From Candidatus Fiminaster equi (lineage in GTDB: Bacteria; Bacillota_I; Bacilli_A; RFN20; CAG-826), in the NCBI GenBank assembly GCA_018064745.1, contig JAGHUR010000011.1:6137-70136 (forward strand): 64,000 nucleotides of DNA, written 5' to 3'. Position 1 is the stretch's first letter, and each line of letters begins with the position of its first letter. The position numbers were made by a program, and so were the translations under genes. This document shows, one piece after another, positions 21,362 to 30,245 of this stretch. The notes beneath the pieces are model-generated. The model was not told the origin of the DNA. It saw only the letters and a program-made list of their open reading frames with translations, and made no database searches.

Positions 21362-21513
21362 ATATCGTCTGCCTCTATTTATTTAGATTTTAAACTTTTT
21401 TGAAACCGCTTTTCAATTATTTTTTCTTTGCGAATGCACTCGTATATGTGTATACTCATATTCGTGTGCGATTTCAGCACATCGTATATTATTGTCACTT
21501 TAGGAGGAATAAT

Positions 21514-24144
21514 ATGGCAAAGAAATACATCTACAACTTTAAAGAAGCCCATGGTTTAGGCAAAGAGTTGTTAGGTGGTAAAGGTGCCGGTCTTGCGGAA
21601 ATGACCAGCATTGGAGTTCCAATTCCACAAGGATTTACCATCACAACAGAAGCATGTAATCTCTACTATGATTCAGGTAAAAAATTACCAGATGACATCA
21701 TTGAAGATATTTATGCTCACATCAAAGAAGTTGAAAAAGAAACAGGCAAAAACTTCGGTGGAGATCATAACCCACTCTTAGTTTCTGTCCGTTCAGGCGC
21801 AAGAGTTTCCATGCCAGGTATGATGGATACCATCTTAAACTTAGGTTTAAATGATACAACCGTCGCAGCCTTAGCAAGAGAAACTGGTAACGAAAGATTC
21901 GCATTTGATAGCTATCGTCGTTTCATTCTTATGTTTACAAACATCGCCAAAGGTCATCCAAGAACTGAAATGGATAAGATGCTTGATGAACTCAAGGAAA
22001 AGAATGGCTACAAACTCGATACAGAAGTTACAGCAGATCAATTAAAAGATCTCGTCAAAGCTTACAAAGCTTACTACAAGAAAACATTTGGTGAAGAATT
22101 CCCATCAGATCCAAAAGTTCAATTACTTGAAGCTGTTACAGCAGTCTTCCGTTCCTGGGATAACCCAAGAGCAAACGTTTATCGTATGATGAACTCAATC
22201 CCATATTCATGGGGAACCGCTGTTAACGTTCAATCAATGGCCTTCGGTAACAAAGGCGAAACATCTGGTACAGGTGTTGCATTCTCACGTAACCCAGGCA
22301 CAGGCGAAAAAGTTATTTCCGCAGAATATTTACCAAACGCACAAGGCGAAGACGTTGTTGCAGGTATTCGTACCCCACTTCATATTGAAGAACTCAAGGC
22401 AAGAATGCCAGATGTTTACAACCAATTCGTTGAAACCATCAAAAAGATGGAGCACCACTACAGAGATATGCAAGATATGGAATTTACCGTCGAAGATGGT
22501 AAACTCTACTTCTTACAAACACGTAATGGTAAACGTACACCAGCAGCCGCATTAAAGATTGCATGTGACTTAGTTGATGAAGGATTAATCACTGAAGACG
22601 AAGCAGTCTTAAGAATTGATCCAGTATCATTTGATAAGCTTCTCTTACCAGCATTTGATAAGGACGACTTAGCAAAACATGAACCAATTGCACAAGGCTT
22701 AGCTGCAGGTCCAGGCGCAGGCACTGGTAAAATTGCCTTCACAGCTGAAGAAGCTGAAAGACGTCACGCAAATAAGGAAAAAGTTGTCCTTGTTCGTGCA
22801 GAAACATCCCCAGAAGACATCGTTGGTATGGTCGCTGCAGAAGGTGTTCTCACAATGCGTGGTGGTATGACTTCACACGCAGCCGTTGTTGCCCGTGGTA
22901 TGGGTAAGTGCTGTGTCTGTGGCTGTAAAGAAGCTATCATTGATGAAGAAGCTCGTACAGTTACCATTAATGGTAAAGTCTACACAGACCAAGATGAATT
23001 ATCACTCGATGGTTCAACAGGTAAAGTCTACCTTGGCTCAATCGCAAAGGTTATGCCAGACCTCACAGCAGGTTACTTCGGTAGATTAATGGCTTGGGTC
23101 GACAGAGCACGTACCTTAAAAGTTCGTACAAATGCCGATACTCCAAGAGATGCAAAACAAGCAAGAGAATTTGGTGCTGAAGGTATTGGCTTATGCCGTA
23201 CTGAACACATGTTCTTCGATAAGGATAGAATCTTCTCTATGAGAAAGATGATTCTTGCGGACACTGTAGAAGAAAGACGTGCTGCATTAGCAGAACTCGA
23301 ACCAATGCAACAAGCAGACTTTGAATCACTCTATGAAGCAATGCTTCCATTCAATGTCAACGTTCGTTTACTCGATCCACCTCTACACGAATTCCTCCCA
23401 CAAGAAGAAGATAAGATTGCAGAACTTGCTAAGGCAACTGGTAGAACAGTTCAACAAGTTAAAGATCGTATCGAATACTTACACGAATTCAACCCAATGA
23501 TGGGTCACCGTGGATGTAGATTAGCTGTTTCATATCCAGAAATCTGCGAAATGCAAACAAATGCTATTATCAAAGCAGCAATTGCAGTTTCAAAGAGAAC
23601 TGGCAAAGCAATTGAACCAGAAATCATGGTTCCACTCGTACTCGAAGTTAAAGAACTTAAGTTCGTTAAGAAGATTATCTGCGAAGTTGCAGACAAGCTC
23701 ATTAAAGAAGCTGGCGTTAACATGAAATACCATGTTGGTACTATGATTGAAATCCCAAGAGCTGCATTGCTCTCAGATGAAATCGCTCAAGAAGCAGAAT
23801 TCTTCTCATTTGGTACAAATGACTTAACACAAATGACATTCGGCTTCAGCCGTGATGACGCTGCTAAGTTCTTACCGGATTACTACAGCAATAAGATCTT
23901 AGAAGAAGATCCATTCAAAACACTCGATCAAAAAGGTGTTGGTAAACTCGTTGACATGTCCGTTAAACTCGGTCGTGCAACACGTAAGGATCTCCACATT
24001 GGTGTCTGTGGTGAAACTGGTGGTGAACCAAACTCAATCGACTTCTACCACAGAGCAGGACTCGACTACGTCTCATGTTCACCATTCCGTGTTCCAGTTG
24101 CTCGCTTAGCTGCTGCTCAAGCTGCAATTAAACACAGAAAATAA
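21514..24144 (+). CDS. ppdK: pyruvate, phosphate dikinase
   Basis: 876 aa from the ATG at 21514 (SD TAGGAGGAATAAT). MAKKYIYNFKEAHGLGKELLGGKGAGLAEM ATP-grasp N-terminus. Phospho-His domain (GGMTSHAAVVARG). PEP-utilising C-terminus (CGE(T)GG). The ORF-track start at 21400 lies inside the promoter. Confidence 0.92.
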   Translation: MAKKYIYNFKEAHGLGKELLGGKGAGLAEMTSIGVPIPQGFTITTEACNLYYDSGKKLPDDIIEDIYAHIKEVEKETGKNFGGDHNPLLVSVRSGARVSMPGMMDTILNLGLNDTTVAALARETGNERFAFDSYRRFILMFTNIAKGHPRTEMDKMLDELKEKNGYKLDTEVTADQLKDLVKAYKAYYKKTFGEEFPSDPKVQLLEAVTAVFRSWDNPRANVYRMMNSIPYSWGTAVNVQSMAFGNKGETSGTGVAFSRNPGTGEKVISAEYLPNAQGEDVVAGIRTPLHIEELKARMPDVYNQFVETIKKMEHHYRDMQDMEFTVEDGKLYFLQTRNGKRTPAAALKIACDLVDEGLITEDEAVLRIDPVSFDKLLLPAFDKDDLAKHEPIAQGLAAGPGAGTGKIAFTAEEAERRHANKEKVVLVRAETSPEDIVGMVAAEGVLTMRGGMTSHAAVVARGMGKCCVCGCKEAIIDEEARTVTINGKVYTDQDELSLDGSTGKVYLGSIAKVMPDLTAGYFGRLMAWVDRARTLKVRTNADTPRDAKQAREFGAEGIGLCRTEHMFFDKDRIFSMRKMILADTVEERRAALAELEPMQQADFESLYEAMLPFNVNVRLLDPPLHEFLPQEEDKIAELAKATGRTVQQVKDRIEYLHEFNPMMGHRGCRLAVSYPEICEMQTNAIIKAAIAVSKRTGKAIEPEIMVPLVLEVKELKFVKKIICEVADKLIKEAGVNMKYHVGTMIEIPRAALLSDEIAQEAEFFSFGTNDLTQMTFGFSRDDAAKFLPDYYSNKILEEDPFKTLDQKGVGKLVDMSVKLGRATRKDLHIGVCGETGGEPNSIDFYHRAGLDYVSCSPFRVPVARLAAAQAAIKHRK

Positions 24145-24162
24145 GTTTAAAACTTATAAATT

Positions 24163-24196
24163 AAACCTCAGGTTCGCCTGGGGTTTTCTTTTATGC
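24163..24196 (+). terminator. rho-independent terminator of ppdK
   Basis: CCTCAGG-ttcg-CCTGGGG hairpin followed by TTTTCTTTT. Confidence 0.6.
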
Positions 24197-24271
24197 ACAT
24201 ATGTGTACATAAATAATTTGCAAAATTGCAAATTATTTAGTATAATATATGTAGGTAAGGAGAAAGAAATG

Positions 24272-24406
24272 TTTGATCCATTTGATTCCAAACCAAAGAG
24301 TAAAAAGCAAGTTGAAAAGGAATACAAGGAGTACCTTGATGATCCAATAACCTTCTCAATTGATGAACAACTCGGTGTGCTTGGACCACGTTACGAAAAG
24401 ATCTAA
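24272..24406 (+). CDS. small hypothetical protein (44 aa, acidic/Lys-rich)
   Basis: SD GTAAGGAGAAAGAA before ATG (MFDPFDSKPKSKKQVEKEYKEYLDDPITFSIDEQLGVLGPRYEKI). Own promoter TTGCAA-17-TATAAT at 24214-24245. T-rich hairpin downstream. Confidence 0.35.
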   Translation, partial: FDPFDSKPKSKKQVEKEYKEYLDDPITFSIDEQLGVLGPRYEKI

Positions 24407-24480
24407 TTACTTATCTTATTTATTTTAATAAATAAAAAGACGCGTTTTTTTATTCGCGCCTTTTTCTATTTAATATTATA

Positions 24481-24516
24481 TTGATAAATATAAAATAATA
24501 GACTACAATTGTAGTC
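24481..24516 (+). promoter_or_regulatory. TA-operon promoter (TTGATA-17-TACAAT) with perfect 16-bp operator palindrome GACTACAATTGTAGTC overlapping the -10
   Basis: Read directly: -35 at 24481-24486, palindrome at 24501-24516 containing TACAAT, SD AAGGAGG at 24518-24524. Confidence 0.6.
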
Positions 24517-24532
24517 GTAAGGAGGCATTAAC

Positions 24533-24754
24533 ATGAGTGTTTTGTCTGTAAGAATGAACAGCGCAGAGTATGGTGCGTTGCAAAAGTTTGCTAAAGCAAA
24601 CAATGTGTCCATGAACAAAGCTTTAAAAGATGCCTTTTTTGAGATGCTAGAAGATCAATACGACATTGAGGCTTTTGATAAAGCTTATGCTGAATATTTA
24701 AAAGAACCTGTCGCTTACACCTTAGAAGAAGTCAACAAACATCTTGGTAAATAA
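24533..24754 (+). CDS. type II antitoxin (RelB/DinJ-like, RHH/CopG-type DNA-binding)
   Basis: 73 aa. N-terminal beta-strand plus helix pattern MSVLSVRMNSAEYGALQKFAKANNVSMNKALKDAF. TAATG overlap with the downstream RelE/ParE-like toxin gene. Confidence 0.6.
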   Translation: MSVLSVRMNSAEYGALQKFAKANNVSMNKALKDAFFEMLEDQYDIEAFDKAYAEYLKEPVAYTLEEVNKHLGK

Positions 24755-25020
24755 TGTTTAAATTATTAATCGCTAAATGTGCGGAAAGAGATCTTTCCAA
24801 ACTCGATAATAATTCATACTATTTAATTACAAGTTGGCTTAAAAGGAACATTGATGGCTGTGAAGATCCTAGAATTCATCGAAAAAGACTCAAAGGTAAT
24901 CTTAAAAGTTTCTGGAGATATAGGATTGGAGATTATCGAATTCTCTGCAGCATTAATGACAAGGAATTAATTGTTCTAGCAGTACGAATTGGACACAGAA
25001 AAGATGTCTATGACATCTAA
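24754..25020 (+). CDS. type II toxin, RelE/ParE superfamily
   Basis: 88 aa; ...FWRYRIGDYRILCSINDKELIVLAVRIGHRKDVYD matches the RelE/ParE core (RIGDYRI...V..IGHRKDVY). Confidence 0.75.
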   Translation: MFKLLIAKCAERDLSKLDNNSYYLITSWLKRNIDGCEDPRIHRKRLKGNLKSFWRYRIGDYRILCSINDKELIVLAVRIGHRKDVYDI

Positions 25021-25023
25021 AAA

Positions 25024-25053
25024 AGAAAGCTTCGGACCCTTAACCGAAGCTTT
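25024..25053. terminator. bidirectional rho-independent terminator
   Basis: GAAAGCTTCGG-acccttaa-CCGAAGCTTTC 11-bp stem, T/A runs on both sides. Separates the TA operon (+) from the ispE-operon tail gene (-). Confidence 0.7.
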
Positions 25054-25055
25054 TC

Positions 25056-25316
25056 TTATTTTCCTCGCATTAATGCTTTTGAATCAAACTTTAGATCATT
25101 ATTAGGAGTTACATAACCCGCTAGTTCTTCGCGTATGTAAATATCGTAATTATCTTCTATATAACCTACATACTCACCTTGAATGTAAACATCGCCTTCA
25201 GCAGTTAATGATCCAAACTTATGCCCGTTTGCAAACATGTCTCCATCTGGCGAAATATAACCAACTAATTCGTCATCAATGTAAACATTCTTGCCATAAC
25301 ATTCGATAAATATCAT
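25056..25316 (-). CDS. small tandem-repeat protein (3 x ~20 aa D-x-Y-I-x-x-E-x-x-G-Y-I repeats), function unknown
   Basis: 86 aa; repeats NVYIDDELVGYISPDGDMF / DVYIQGEYVGYIEDNYDIY / DIYIREELAGYVTPNNDLKF. Start abuts the ispE stop (25316/25318), implying co-transcription. Confidence 0.4.
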   Translation of the reverse strand: MIFIECYGKNVYIDDELVGYISPDGDMFANGHKFGSLTAEGDVYIQGEYVGYIEDNYDIYIREELAGYVTPNNDLKFDSKALMRGK

Positions 25317-25317
25317 A

Positions 25318-26172
25318 TTAGCGAACTTTCTTTGTCTTAGTTAAATATACGTCATAGCCTTTATTATCGTATTTACGATACTTAGAATAGGCGAAACGAG
25401 AATCTGTAGTAAGTGCAAAGACACAACTTCCAGAGCCGGTCATAAGGACGCATTTAAAACCATCCTTTTTAAGCATATCCTTAATTTCTTGAATTTCAGG
25501 AACTAATGAAATTGATGTTTCTTCTAAGGAGTTAAACATGCCTTCTGCTAGCATATCTTCATCACCTAGTTCAAGAGCTTTAATAACTTTGTTAACATCA
25601 CCGTGTTTCATTTCAAAATTATCAGAAGCATCAAAAACTTTTTTAGTAGATAAACCTAGTTTAGGTTTAATAATAATTACACTAAAACGTTTAGCACATG
25701 AAATAGGAGTTACTTTTTCTCCAATACCTTCAACGTGTGCTGGAACATTTTGCATACAATAAGGAACATCTGCACCAAGTTTTAAAGTAAAATCGAGTTC
25801 CTCTTCTGGATCCATTTTTACCTTAAAAATTTTCTTAAATGCTTTCAAACATGCAGCAGCATTTGATGATCCTCCGCCAAGACCAGCACAAATAGGAATT
25901 TCCTTATGAACTGTAATATTCATATTGCTATGAACATCAAATTTCTTTCTAAATGCTTCTAATGTTTGATGGATTAAATCATACTTTGTTTCAGATTCTT
26001 CAACCCTGTCACATACTATATATGTGTCTCTTAAATATGGAAAATATTCAATCTCGATAACATCATGAAGTTCAAGTGGCAACATAACCATATCTAAATC
26101 ATGGTATCCGTTTTCTGTTTTACCCTTTACATCAAGGTAAATGTTAATTTTTGCGAATGCTTTTGCGTACAT
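25318..26172 (-). CDS. ispE: 4-diphosphocytidyl-2-C-methyl-D-erythritol kinase
   Basis: 284 aa. GHMP kinase motif PICAGLGGGSSNAAA. N-terminus MYAKAFAKINIYLDV. Confidence 0.85.
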   Translation of the reverse strand: MYAKAFAKINIYLDVKGKTENGYHDLDMVMLPLELHDVIEIEYFPYLRDTYIVCDRVEESETKYDLIHQTLEAFRKKFDVHSNMNITVHKEIPICAGLGGGSSNAAACLKAFKKIFKVKMDPEEELDFTLKLGADVPYCMQNVPAHVEGIGEKVTPISCAKRFSVIIIKPKLGLSTKKVFDASDNFEMKHGDVNKVIKALELGDEDMLAEGMFNSLEETSISLVPEIQEIKDMLKKDGFKCVLMTGSGSCVFALTTDSRFAYSKYRKYDNKGYDVYLTKTKKVR

Positions 26173-26195
26173 ACTAATATTATTTTCCTTCGAAC

Positions 26196-26990
26196 TTAAA
26201 AGTTCAATTCTTTTAATAACGACATGTAAAAATTAATATCTAATTCTTCTGGTCTCTTGTTTGTGTCTACACCAAGTTTTGCCAATATTTCTTTGGCTTT
26301 CTCTTTGTTTTTTGTAACATTTGCTAAGTTATTTAAAATATTCTTTCTTCTTAATAAGAAGAGTTGCTGCATAAGTTTTAATAATTTCTTATTCTCTTCA
26401 TTTTTAATATTCCTGTTTGGTGTAAGTGTAAAAACTACTGAATCAACATGAGGAATTGGTGCAAAATTATTTCTTCCAACTTCTTTTGCTGATGAAATAT
26501 CTGCAACATAGTTTAAAAACAATGAGAGTGGGCTCTTAAAATTGGATAAAAGTTTTGGATAAACTTCTTTTTGAGTCATCAATACTATTTTTTCGGCATT
26601 AGTAGCTGTTAACAAAATGTGTTCGATTATTGAGGAAGTAATATAGTAAGGAAGATTGCCAATAATTTTTGTAAATTTTGCTAAATCTTCTTTCAAAATA
26701 TTTTGTCTTCTAACAATAACATTTTCCATGTTCCCAAATTGTTCATTTAAGAACTGTAACATTCTCTCATCAATGTCAATTAATTGGGTTTTTGCAGGGA
26801 TTTTCGTTAAAAAATAGGACAAACTGCCTAAACCAGAGCCAATTTCAATAACCTCATCCTTATCAGAAACTTCAAGTAGATTTACGATGTTTTTTGCAAC
26901 TTCTGGGTTGATTAAAAAATTCTGGCCAAGTGACTTATTGGCAAGTAGTTTATAACTCTTCACATTTTCGAAATATTGGCTCTCGTTCAT
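26196..26990 (-). CDS. rsmA: 16S rRNA (adenine1518/1519-N6)-dimethyltransferase
   Basis: 264 aa. LGQNFLINPEVAKNIV and SAM-binding VIEIGSGLGSLS motifs (KsgA). Confidence 0.9.
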   Translation of the reverse strand: MNESQYFENVKSYKLLANKSLGQNFLINPEVAKNIVNLLEVSDKDEVIEIGSGLGSLSYFLTKIPAKTQLIDIDERMLQFLNEQFGNMENVIVRRQNILKEDLAKFTKIIGNLPYYITSSIIEHILLTATNAEKIVLMTQKEVYPKLLSNFKSPLSLFLNYVADISSAKEVGRNNFAPIPHVDSVVFTLTPNRNIKNEENKKLLKLMQQLFLLRRKNILNNLANVTKNKEKAKEILAKLGVDTNKRPEELDINFYMSLLKELNF

Positions 26991-27517
26991 AAGTTTTCCT
27001 TAATCTCACTCAATGTTATACCACAATTATTTATTCTTTTAAGAAAAGTTTTTGCATTACAAAACCCTAAATGAAACTTTTCGCATATTTTTTGTCTTTT
27101 CGACTCTGAATCTTCTGTTCCAACTAGGCCTAGAGACACTAAATCAGACATTTGAATGTTTCCAATTGGGTCTTTTGAACTAACAATATAGTTTTTAAGA
27201 GCGTTGAGAACCTCTTCTTGAGTTGATTCTGCTACACCAACCTTATTATGTTTTATTGACTTTTCTTTCGCAACAAAACAATGCTTTAAATTTGGTATCT
27301 CGCAATCCAAAACATCTCTTATTCTTTTACCTGGGCTATCAGGATCAGTTAATACAAAAATATCGCGGTTTTCACGGCAATTTTTCAAATATTCTATGGT
27401 TTTTCCAGATATTTCTGAACCATTAGTTGTTACAAATTCTGCATCAATAAACTCGGAAAGGAAGGCAACATCAGACTTGCCTTCAACAACTAAAATTCCA
27501 TTTATTTTTGTTTTCAT
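26987..27517 (-). CDS. rnmV: ribonuclease M5 (Toprim domain)
   Basis: 176 aa. Toprim N-terminus ILVVEGKSDVAFL...VLTDPDSPG. Conserved position upstream of ksgA. Confidence 0.8.
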   Translation of the reverse strand: MKTKINGILVVEGKSDVAFLSEFIDAEFVTTNGSEISGKTIEYLKNCRENRDIFVLTDPDSPGKRIRDVLDCEIPNLKHCFVAKEKSIKHNKVGVAESTQEEVLNALKNYIVSSKDPIGNIQMSDLVSLGLVGTEDSESKRQKICEKFHLGFCNAKTFLKRINNCGITLSEIKENL

Positions 27518-28278
27518 AAATCGAATACTCTTTTAAAGTTTTCAGTACTTTCTTTATCAACTTGCTCAGGAGTAATTTTTCTTAACTCTGCAATCTTGTT
27601 TCTAACTAAATAAAGATACTTTGAATGATTTGGGCGTCCTCTAAAAGGTTCTGGAGTTAAATAAGGAGCGTCAGTTTCCAAAACATAAGCGGTGGATGGT
27701 ATGCTTGCTATAACTTCTTTTGGTCTAACTGAGTTTTTAAAGGTTGTTGTTCCACCAAAACCAAGTAAGAAGCCTAATTTTATAAATTCAGGAGCCATTT
27801 CTAGGCTTCCGGCATAACAATGCATGATGCCTCCGCGGTTAACTTTATGATTTTTTAAAATTTCTAAACAGTCTTCTAGTCCCTCTCGGCAATGAATCGA
27901 GATTGGAAGGTTTAATTTGTTAGCTATTTCTATTTGTTGAATAAAGGTTTTCTTTTGATAATTTCTAACGTCAGGATCTTTGTCCCAATAATAATCTAAA
28001 CCTATCTCTCCAATGGCAATAACTTTCTTGTTTTTGGCAAGTTTTTCTATCTCTTCAAAGTCATGCTCTCCGACCTTCTTTACATCACTTGGATGAATAC
28101 CAACTGCAGCATATACATATTCGTGATTTTGAGCGATTTCCACGGCAATTCTCGAAGATTTTAGATCAAAACCAACATTTAAAAATGCGGAAACTCCAGC
28201 GCATCGAGCTTCTAAAATATACTCATCTGGATGAGCTAAATATGCTTCATCATTTATATGACAATGTGTGTCAATCAT
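27514..28278 (-). CDS. tatD: TatD-family metal-dependent DNase
   Basis: 254 aa; MIDTHCHIND, GEIGLDYY and GGIMHCY motifs. Confidence 0.85.
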   Translation of the reverse strand: MIDTHCHINDEAYLAHPDEYILEARCAGVSAFLNVGFDLKSSRIAVEIAQNHEYVYAAVGIHPSDVKKVGEHDFEEIEKLAKNKKVIAIGEIGLDYYWDKDPDVRNYQKKTFIQQIEIANKLNLPISIHCREGLEDCLEILKNHKVNRGGIMHCYAGSLEMAPEFIKLGFLLGFGGTTTFKNSVRPKEVIASIPSTAYVLETDAPYLTPEPFRGRPNHSKYLYLVRNKIAELRKITPEQVDKESTENFKRVFDL

Positions 28279-28283
28279 CTATG

Positions 28284-29597
28284 TTATTTTCCAACACAAA
28301 AACGAGAGAAAATTTCATCTGTTAAATCGTTTTTGTTATTCTCACCTAATAAATCTAAAGAAGAATTATAAGCAGCCATAATGTTAACTGAAATTAAGTC
28401 AATTGGCTGATTATCTTTAGCATCTTCAATTGCTTGTTCAAGATACATAACCATACTCTTTAAAATACCAAGTTGTCTTGTATTGTTAAATGATGGCTTA
28501 ATTGTAACTTCACCAATATTTAATTCTTCTTTAATTCTATTAACTAATTCTGAAATATCGTTTTCTTTAGCAGAAATATAAATCTTATCTTTTTCTTTAT
28601 TAGAAATTAAATCTGCTTTGCTAAATACAACTAAATGCTTTTTGTCTTTAATAAACGAATATAATTCGTTATCAAAACCAGTATCATCTACTAAGAAAAG
28701 GATTAAATCTGCTTCATCAATAACTTTCTTAGCTTTGCTAATACCAATTTGTTCAATTACATCAGTTGATTCTCTTAAACCTGCTGTGTCATAGAGATGT
28801 ACAGGAACACCTGAAAGATTAAATTCACCTTCAACAATATCTCTAGTAGTACCTGCAATATCTGTAACAATTGCTTTATCTTCCTTAAGGAAAACATTTA
28901 AAAGTGAGGATTTGCCAACATTTGGTTTTCCTACAATCGCAATTTTTACACCTTCTTTATAAATTCTGTCTTTTTCGCCTTGTTCAATTAATTTATTAAC
29001 ATCTTTAACAATTTTTGAACATTTATTAATGATTTCTTCTTTAGAAGTAACTTCAATATCTTCATACTCAGGATAATCGATATTTACTTCTATGTGAGAA
29101 AGAATTTCTCCTATCTCGTCCTTAATTGGCTTAAAGATTTTTGAAGTCTTTCCTAGTAAGGAAACCATAGACAAATCTTTAGCCTCTTCAGTTGTAGCAT
29201 TAATCATGTCATTGATGGCTTCAGCTTGAACTAGGTCAATTTTGCCATTTAAATAGGCTCTAGAGCTGAATTCACCATTAGTAGCCATCCTTGCACCTGA
29301 CTTAAGTAAAAGGCCTATTATTTGATTTACAATCAACATTGAACCATGGCTAATAATTTCTACTGAATTTTCACCAGTAAATGAATGTGGTGCAACATAG
29401 GCTAACAAAACGACTTGATCAATTTGTTTTTCGCCTTCAAGAATATAACCATAGTGAATTCCCTTTTCTTTAACATCTGTTAAGTCTTTAGAAAACACTT
29501 TTGAAACAACCTTAAAACAATCATCTCCAGATAATCTAATTAATGCTAGAGCTGACTTTGATGGTGGTGTTGCAAGTGCTACTATGGTTTCAAACAT
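28284..29597 (-). CDS. mnmE: tRNA uridine-5-carboxymethylaminomethyl modification GTPase
   Basis: 437 aa. N-terminus MFETIVALATPPSKSALALIRLSG. G-domain GKPNVGKSSLLN. C-terminal CxGK. Confidence 0.9.
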   Translation of the reverse strand: MFETIVALATPPSKSALALIRLSGDDCFKVVSKVFSKDLTDVKEKGIHYGYILEGEKQIDQVVLLAYVAPHSFTGENSVEIISHGSMLIVNQIIGLLLKSGARMATNGEFSSRAYLNGKIDLVQAEAINDMINATTEEAKDLSMVSLLGKTSKIFKPIKDEIGEILSHIEVNIDYPEYEDIEVTSKEEIINKCSKIVKDVNKLIEQGEKDRIYKEGVKIAIVGKPNVGKSSLLNVFLKEDKAIVTDIAGTTRDIVEGEFNLSGVPVHLYDTAGLRESTDVIEQIGISKAKKVIDEADLILFLVDDTGFDNELYSFIKDKKHLVVFSKADLISNKEKDKIYISAKENDISELVNRIKEELNIGEVTIKPSFNNTRQLGILKSMVMYLEQAIEDAKDNQPIDLISVNIMAAYNSSLDLLGENNKNDLTDEIFSRFCVGK

Positions 29598-29633
29598 ACT
29601 CTATATAATGAAAATAGAGATTAAAAATCTCTA

Positions 29634-30236
29634 TTATTCAACGTATTTAATTGTTACGGCTCTTCTATGTCCTTCGCCTGTAGATTCTGTCTTAATGTGA
29701 GAGAATTCTGCGACTGCGCTATGGACAACTCTACGCTCATCTGATGGCATAGGATCTAAAGTAACATCAACTTTTGTTTTTTGAACTTCTTTTGCAGTTC
29801 TACGTGCAATTGAAGCAACTCTTGAATATTTGGAATCTTTGTAATCGCCAATGTCGAGTAAGATTCTAAATCTTCTACGGAATTTTCCAGAAACTGCTAA
29901 TCTAACAATTTCATTTAATGCTTGAAGTGTAACGCCGTTCTTTCCAATTAAAATTGGGTTGTGATCTGAATCAATTTGTAGACGAATAATATCATCTTCA
30001 AGTGATGTCTTAACGCTAACTGAACCAATACCTAATGATTCAATTACATCTTTGACGTACTTTTCTGCAAAATCGATAGCATCTGTTAATTCATAAACAG
30101 TAATTGAAGCTTTCTTGCCAATCAAACCTTTCTTTTCGGAAGTGATGGTGAAGATAACATCATTTTCATCAATGCCAAGTTCCTCACTTGCCATCTTAAC
30201 TGCATCTTCAACAGTTTTTGCGGTATATTCTTTCAT
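29634..30236 (-). CDS. khpB: RNA-binding protein Jag/KhpB (KH + R3H domains)
   Basis: 200 aa. Jag_N, KH and C-terminal R3H (GEGHRRAV). Conserved yidC-jag-mnmE context. Confidence 0.8.
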   Translation of the reverse strand: MKEYTAKTVEDAVKMASEELGIDENDVIFTITSEKKGLIGKKASITVYELTDAIDFAEKYVKDVIESLGIGSVSVKTSLEDDIIRLQIDSDHNPILIGKNGVTLQALNEIVRLAVSGKFRRRFRILLDIGDYKDSKYSRVASIARRTAKEVQKTKVDVTLDPMPSDERRVVHSAVAEFSHIKTESTGEGHRRAVTIKYVE

Positions 30237-30245
30237 AAATTTCTC

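Noticed and set aside
21400-21513. N-terminal extension of ppdK (track start 21400)
   Set aside because: That region contains the ppdK promoter. The ATG at 21514 has a strong SD and gives the canonical PPDK N-terminus MAKKYIY.
22274-23723. Multiple 60-90 aa ORFs on both strands inside ppdK
   Set aside because: Nested in a high-confidence 876-aa CDS; typical spurious frames.
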